DNA of 64,000 nucleotides from an uncultured Chlamydiales bacterium (GTDB lineage Bacteria; Chlamydiota; Chlamydiia; Chlamydiales; JAAKFR01): NCBI GenBank assembly GCA_963748195.1, contig CAVVHU010000012.1, positions 25,097 to 89,096 of the forward strand, read 5' to 3'. Shown piece by piece: positions 59,231 to 64,000 of this stretch (position 1 is its first letter; each line of letters starts with the position of its first letter). The notes under the pieces were generated by a model. It saw only the letters and a program-made list of their open reading frames with translations, ran no database searches and was not told where the DNA came from. The position numbers and the translations under genes were made by a program.

Positions 59231-59402
59231 CTAGCCCGGATTTCTCACCAACCATTCGGCCGCTTTGCGCATCTGTATCCCCATCTGTCTTCATAGCCAT
59301 CCTCGGAAGGGTTAATTTAACCCTCCCTTCGGATGACTCTTCGACATCTGGAAATACAGTCTGCCCAAATCGGCTCGAGTGTTGGTGAGAAACCCGGGCT
59401 AG
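59231..59402. repeat. 172-nt long imperfect hairpin (structured RNA or MITE-like element)
   Basis: The outer arms ctagcccggatttctcaccaac (59231-59252) and gttggtgagaaacccgggctag (59381-59402) match 21/22 as inverted repeats. The inner arms remain partly complementary, down to a central agggttaa/ttaaccct stem at ~59316. Confidence 0.55.
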
Positions 59403-59410
59403 AGAATAAG

Positions 59411-60415
59411 CTACTGCTTGGATAACAAGGAAGAACTTCCTGCAATCCAGCCTGTTGTCCAAGCGTTTTGAAAGTTAAATCCTCCCGTCACGCCGTCGAT
59501 ATCGAGAATTTCCCCGGCAAAAAATAGGCCCGGGTGTATTTTGCTCTCCATTGTTTTGAAATTTACCTCTTTAAGCGTCACTCCACCACACGTCACAAAC
59601 TCTTTTTTATACGTTGTCTTTCCTTCAATACGATACCGATCAGGTGGATTTTCCCTTTTCAGACGTCTCGGCATGGGATCTTTCCATTCGATGACACAGG
59701 TTGCCTGGTAGTTTTTCTCATGTAAAAAGCGCGCTTCCCATGCAGAGAGTTTCAAGATTGCCGGTCCGCTAAAGCCCCAATGAGTGATCAATACAGGACC
59801 TGTCTCTTTACGGTTTCCACCTTCTAACCATACCGTTGCTTCTGGAACCGAAACACCTGCCAAGTGGAGGAGCGGTGAGCTTGGCACATTAAAGCTGAAA
59901 AGAGAGGGGACAGGAGGGACAATTGTATGGCCTGCTTCTTTTGCAAAAGCATGCCCTTGTGCCGAGCTTCCCGTGGCTAATATCACAGCGTCTGCCTCGG
60001 GGAGTTGTTCGATTTTTTCTCCAAGCCTTAGCTCAATTCCTTTTTTCTCAATTTCATTGAGAAAGCAATCGATAATGGTTTCTGAGCTATTTGTAACGGG
60101 AAACATCCGTCCATCCGGTTCGGTTTTAAGCTGGACGCCTCTTTTATTAAACCATTCGATCGTATCCATCGGTTGAAAGCGATGAAAGGGGCCGAGCAAT
60201 TCTCTGTGGCCGCGAGGATAGCGTGTGCAGAGTTGTTTTGGGTCAAAACAAGCGTGTGTGACATTGCACCTTCCGCCACCTGAAATGCGCACCTTGGCGA
60301 GCGGCTTGCGCGTCTTTTCTAAGATCACTACCTTTGCATCAGGAAATGCCTCAGCACAGGCTAGAGCGGCGAAGCAGCCGGCGGCTCCAGCGCCAATTAC
60401 GACGCACTTTGCCAT
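59411..60415 (-). CDS. HI0933/BaiN-family NAD(P)/FAD-dependent oxidoreductase
   Basis: MAKCVVIGAGAAGCFAA dinucleotide fold, ISGGGRCNVTH, and C-terminal GEILDIDGVTGGFNFQ. The probable start at 60415 overlaps the upstream gene by 19 nt. Confidence 0.8.
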   Translation of the reverse strand: MAKCVVIGAGAAGCFAALACAEAFPDAKVVILEKTRKPLAKVRISGGGRCNVTHACFDPKQLCTRYPRGHRELLGPFHRFQPMDTIEWFNKRGVQLKTEPDGRMFPVTNSSETIIDCFLNEIEKKGIELRLGEKIEQLPEADAVILATGSSAQGHAFAKEAGHTIVPPVPSLFSFNVPSSPLLHLAGVSVPEATVWLEGGNRKETGPVLITHWGFSGPAILKLSAWEARFLHEKNYQATCVIEWKDPMPRRLKRENPPDRYRIEGKTTYKKEFVTCGGVTLKEVNFKTMESKIHPGLFFAGEILDIDGVTGGFNFQNAWTTGWIAGSSSLLSKQ

Positions 60416-61551
60416 GCTGCCTCGATGCAATCGTTGACGCCAACGCCGGTATAGCAATTTCCTATCAGCTCAGCCGGAATTTGCTTTTCAAAGTGCTTTA
60501 GCCGCTTATGATGCCCTAAAATATATTGAGGGATGGCGCGTTCGGCTCGCGAGACTAAACGGGCATCTGGCGGTGTATCGATGCCCAAATACTTTTGAAC
60601 GGTTTCTAAGGCCATGTCGAGTGTGCCTGAACCTTGTATCATTACACAGACACGTGTTTGTTCTCCCACGTTTTGTTCCGGGAAAATTGTAGAATCCCAC
60701 GTCATGCCCATCACTTTTGAGGCAGGGATGAGAAACCCAAATCCCTTTTTGCGTAAAAGGGGTTTGTTCCACCCCAAGCTCACTGTTGTGAGCGTGGCAT
60801 ACGTAAATGGGTCGTGCGGTGTCAGCGCATAGGCCGGGACCGCAGCGATGATGTGATCGGCTTCCAGCGTACGATCTTTTAGAATAACACCTTCCTTTTC
60901 AATCCCGATAACCGGGGTATTTAACTGCACATCTAAATGCTCGGCAAGCGCTTTAGGAAGGGTTTCCATACCGTTTTTAAAAGAGAAAAGATTTGCCTTT
61001 TCCTCCCGGGGGCAGCGGATAAATGAGCCTGCTTCCCACAATGTCGGGAAGCAGCTCCTTACCGATAGTTCGTTAAGATCGCCTCCAAAAATGCCTTTCA
61101 CGATAGGATCTAAGAAAGTTTCTGTGATTTTTTTGTTTAGGCGCCGCCTTGAGAAATCGCCGATCGTCTCATCCTCTTTTTTTATGGGAGAAGAGCATAA
61201 GTCGTTTAAAAGAGCCCAGACCAATCCCTTTTGCAGCATTAAAAAGAGATTGGGAGTGCGGAGCTTGCCGTTTAAGCCAAGGTAGCGTTTGCGGGCGTTT
61301 GTATCGGCAGCGATCAGCTCCTTTTCAAGGCCGAGCTCATTGACAAGTTCGAGCGTCCGCTTTCCCTTGCCTATCGAGCGAAATCCGCGCGGCCCATTTT
61401 CAAACAAAAAGCCATCGTGCATCGAAGAGCGTAACCATCCTCCAACTCTTCCGCTTTTTTCAAGAATTGTGACATCATGTCCTTTTTGCTTGTGATACCA
61501 GCCTGCAGCGAGTCCTGAAATCCCCGCGCCTATAATGATTACTTTTTTCAT
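60397..61551 (-). CDS. hemY: FAD-dependent protoporphyrinogen oxidase (HemY type)
   Basis: MKKVIIIGAGISGLAAG...LEKSGRVGGW N-terminal fold, sitting in a hemE-hemN-hemY operon as in Chlamydia. Confidence 0.75.
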   Translation of the reverse strand: MKKVIIIGAGISGLAAGWYHKQKGHDVTILEKSGRVGGWLRSSMHDGFLFENGPRGFRSIGKGKRTLELVNELGLEKELIAADTNARKRYLGLNGKLRTPNLFLMLQKGLVWALLNDLCSSPIKKEDETIGDFSRRRLNKKITETFLDPIVKGIFGGDLNELSVRSCFPTLWEAGSFIRCPREEKANLFSFKNGMETLPKALAEHLDVQLNTPVIGIEKEGVILKDRTLEADHIIAAVPAYALTPHDPFTYATLTTVSLGWNKPLLRKKGFGFLIPASKVMGMTWDSTIFPEQNVGEQTRVCVMIQGSGTLDMALETVQKYLGIDTPPDARLVSRAERAIPQYILGHHKRLKHFEKQIPAELIGNCYTGVGVNDCIEAAWQSAS

Positions 61552-61552
61552 C

Positions 61553-62896
61553 TTAAATAGACCTTGAAAATTTTTTATTTCCTTGTGTTATGTAAGCATC
61601 AAAGGTCATCGCGACGACCCGGATCAATAATTCTCCCAGTTTCGTAGCCTCGATTTTCTCAGGAGTATTGATGATTAATCCTTCTGCCTCATGGTCGGCG
61701 AGCTGCTGCTGTACATCGGCAAAATGGAGATCAAAATCGATACCATACCGCTTGGCAAACTCCCTTTTGTCGACAGCAAAATTGCTCATCAAAGTGTGGA
61801 TCACCCATTTTCTCAGCAAATCCTCATCGTTTAAGACAAGCCCTCTCTGTACAGGCAGTTCATCTGAATCAAGTGCCATATAATAGGAAGGTAGATCCTT
61901 TATATTTTGAACATATGTCCCTTGAACATATCCGATTGAGGTGACCCCAAAGCCGAGCATCTCTTCGCTTGGGAGTACTGTATATCCCTGAAAATTACGG
62001 CCTAATTGCTTTTTCTCGAGCGCTTTTACGATCTCATCGCTTTTCAAGGCAAAGTGATCCATCCCAATGGCGACATAACCTTTTTCGACAAACCGTTTGC
62101 GCGCTTCTTGGTAGATCTCAAACTTCTCCTCGGCAGAGGGAAGGGTCTCATCTTTGATCGCGAGCTGATGCTTTTTTAACCAAGGCACTTTAGCATAGGA
62201 AAAAAGGGCGATTCTGTCCGGTCGCATCTCCAAAATATCAGAGACCGTTTGCTGAAATGTCTCTACAGTCTGATAGGGGAGGCCATAAATCAGGTCGATA
62301 TTGACGGCTTCAAACCCAAGCATGCGGGCTAAATAGTAGGTCTCTTGCGTCATCTCTAGGCTCTGCCGCCTTTTTACCGCCTCTTGCACTTTCCAGTTTG
62401 TATCCTGAACGCCAAAACTCACCCTGTTGAATCCGAGCTTTCTTAAAAAGCGGAGCTTCTCTTCATTTGCCGTTCGGGGATCGATCTCGATAGCAACTTC
62501 TTTTGAGAAATCGATCTGAAATGAGGCGCGTATTTTCTCAAAAAGCCGCGCAAAAAGGGGAATGGAGAGCTTTGTGGGCGTTCCACCTCCAAAGTGGAGC
62601 TGCCACACCTCTCTTTTACCTGTAATCTGCGTCACAAGCTCGATCTCTTTCATCAAATAGTCGACATAACGCTCTTCATTCTCCGCCTTGCGATTCAAAA
62701 CAACCGAACAGCCGCAGTAGAGGCACATGGTTTTGCAAAAAGGGATGTGAAAGTAGAGCGATAGGGGAGTATTGGGGAGCTCAAGGAGTTTTTTTCGATA
62801 GGTTTGCTGCTTTAAATCTCCCCACTCAGGAGCTGTTGGGTAGGAGGTGTAGCGAGGAGCCGGCAGGTTGAATTTATGTAGTTTTAAGACGGACAT
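61553..62896 (-). CDS. hemN: Oxygen-independent coproporphyrinogen III oxidase (radical SAM)
   Basis: YFHIPFCKTMCLYCGC (CxxxCxxC), HFGGGTP, and 447 aa. Confidence 0.9.
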   Translation of the reverse strand: MSVLKLHKFNLPAPRYTSYPTAPEWGDLKQQTYRKKLLELPNTPLSLYFHIPFCKTMCLYCGCSVVLNRKAENEERYVDYLMKEIELVTQITGKREVWQLHFGGGTPTKLSIPLFARLFEKIRASFQIDFSKEVAIEIDPRTANEEKLRFLRKLGFNRVSFGVQDTNWKVQEAVKRRQSLEMTQETYYLARMLGFEAVNIDLIYGLPYQTVETFQQTVSDILEMRPDRIALFSYAKVPWLKKHQLAIKDETLPSAEEKFEIYQEARKRFVEKGYVAIGMDHFALKSDEIVKALEKKQLGRNFQGYTVLPSEEMLGFGVTSIGYVQGTYVQNIKDLPSYYMALDSDELPVQRGLVLNDEDLLRKWVIHTLMSNFAVDKREFAKRYGIDFDLHFADVQQQLADHEAEGLIINTPEKIEATKLGELLIRVVAMTFDAYITQGNKKFSRSI

Positions 62897-63860
62897 AGTC
62901 TACCATGAATTTCACGTTTTTCGCCGGAGTGTCAGGGAGAAGGCCGTGTCCTAAGTTGAAGATAAAGCCCGGATCGCCGTGCATACCATCTAAAAGACGG
63001 TCTAAAGCAGCGGCGATCTGTTGTTGCGGCCCGTATAAAATCATGGGGTCGAGGTTTCCTTGCAAGGCAATGGTCTTTGGAATTTTTTTGCGTATTGCAG
63101 GTAAATCTCCGTTCCAGTCGATGCTGATCGCAGCGGGATTGAGTGAGGCAAGCTCTTCTGCGAAAAGCGAAGAGCCGCGGCAAAATAAGATGACAGGGAT
63201 ATCGAGAGCCTCCACAATCATCTTCATCGGCTTTAAACAATACTCTCTAAACTCATGCATTCCGAGAACACCTGCCCACGAATCAAAAATCTGCACAGCG
63301 TCTACTCCTGCCTCGACCTGACATTTCAAATAAGCGATCGTTGCTTGCGTGATCTGGCCGAGAAGAGCCTGAAAACTTTCCGGCTCGCGGAAGAGCCATT
63401 GTTTTGTTTTTTTGTGATCGCGGCTCGATTTCCCTTCGATCAGGTAGGTCGCAATCGTAAAGGGAGCCCCGGCAAAGCCGAGTAAAGGATGCGACAGGCG
63501 CTTTTTTAATGTCTTGATGGATTGAATGATATGAGGATAGGCGTCATAGGGAGAACGCAAAGTGATTGCATCGGCAGAATCAAAAACAACAGGCCCGACG
63601 CCCTCTTGAAAGTCGTAACGGATCTGCATCCCGTCAAATACTGTTAAGATGTCACTGAATAAAATCGCCGCATCGACATTCAACACTTCCAAAGGAAGTT
63701 CTGTCACTTCCACTATCGTTTTAGGGTCGTGAAACATCTCCAGAAGCGAACGTCCACGCCGCATCGCTTGATATTCAGGCAAATAACGTCCCGCCTGGCG
63801 CATAAGCCAGATAGGAGGCCTCTCATTATTCTGACAACGCAAAGCATCCATTAATGACAT
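62874..63860 (-). CDS. hemE: Uroporphyrinogen decarboxylase
   Basis: PPIWLMRQAGRYLPEYQ signature. The ATG at 63860 is preferred over the TTG at 63902. The 3' end overlaps the hemN start by 23 nt. Confidence 0.9.
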   Translation of the reverse strand: MSLMDALRCQNNERPPIWLMRQAGRYLPEYQAMRRGRSLLEMFHDPKTIVEVTELPLEVLNVDAAILFSDILTVFDGMQIRYDFQEGVGPVVFDSADAITLRSPYDAYPHIIQSIKTLKKRLSHPLLGFAGAPFTIATYLIEGKSSRDHKKTKQWLFREPESFQALLGQITQATIAYLKCQVEAGVDAVQIFDSWAGVLGMHEFREYCLKPMKMIVEALDIPVILFCRGSSLFAEELASLNPAAISIDWNGDLPAIRKKIPKTIALQGNLDPMILYGPQQQIAAALDRLLDGMHGDPGFIFNLGHGLLPDTPAKNVKFMVDYVRLKTT

Positions 63861-64000
63861 AGAAAACGAGAATAACGGGAAACTGGGATATTTAGCGAAC
63901 AAAAATTTTACCTAAATCAACAAGGAAAGTCACAATGAATTAAAATTTAATTTTATCAAATTAAAAAAGTTTTTATTTTTGTGTTTTTTGTAGTTTTTTT

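Noticed and set aside
59231-59402. gagaaa(t/c)ccgggct resembles the RNase P RNA CR-I box (GAGGAAAGUCCGGGC).
   Set aside because: The two occurrences are simply the two arms of one inverted repeat. None of the other RNase P conserved regions (CR-II to CR-V) is visible, and 172 nt is too short.
58908-59462. A 184-aa minus-strand ORF and an 88-aa plus-strand ORF in the MFS/flavoprotein intergenic region.
   Set aside because: Both run through the 172-nt hairpin element and an A/T palindrome and overlap neighbouring gene ends. Their composition is not protein-like.

Overview
This 64-kb window is chromosomal DNA from a member of the phylum Chlamydiae. It looks like a Chlamydia-like (environmental) lineage rather than Chlamydiaceae; I cannot name the species from sequence alone. 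Evidence for the phylum: histone-like hctA, a 16S rRNA with the chlamydial gaatctttcgcaatgggcgaaagcctgacg region, a 16S-23S spacer without tRNAs, ftsK/MBL-hydrolase/SET-domain synteny, a hemE-hemN-hemY operon, a lone nqrF, and several Inc-type bilobed membrane proteins. The centre holds a complete rrs-rrl-rrf operon (25961-31510). Its 23S gene is interrupted by two short ORF-less group I-like introns at E. coli positions 1923 and 1951, leaving a 28-nt micro-exon between them. Housekeeping genes are ftsK, tRNA-His, yajC, htpG, nqrF, nadE, hemENY, tolQ/tolR-like genes, an rRNA methyltransferase and several transporters (MFS, AGCS, SNF). Between them sits a dense set of eukaryote-like candidate effectors. 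These are an Inc-anchored HECT-type E3 ligase, a U-box/TPR/Sel1 protein, a 1128-aa protein with a C-terminal OTU deubiquitinase domain, a secreted protein with a ubiquitin-like domain, and a SET-domain methyltransferase. Other accessory content: a translationally coupled xfp-ackA module, a five-gene glycopolymer cluster with a TagF-like glycerophosphotransferase, an OMP/DUF3419(BtaA-like)/lipoprotein operon, a secreted Cys/Tyr-rich repeat protein, an IS903-like IS5-family element next to a gene remnant, and two ~170-nt long-hairpin elements. Two genes (ackA and an MFS transporter) are broken by single-base changes in homopolymer runs. One transporter lacks a canonical start codon. All functional calls rest on motifs read by eye from the ORF translations. 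No database search was run.
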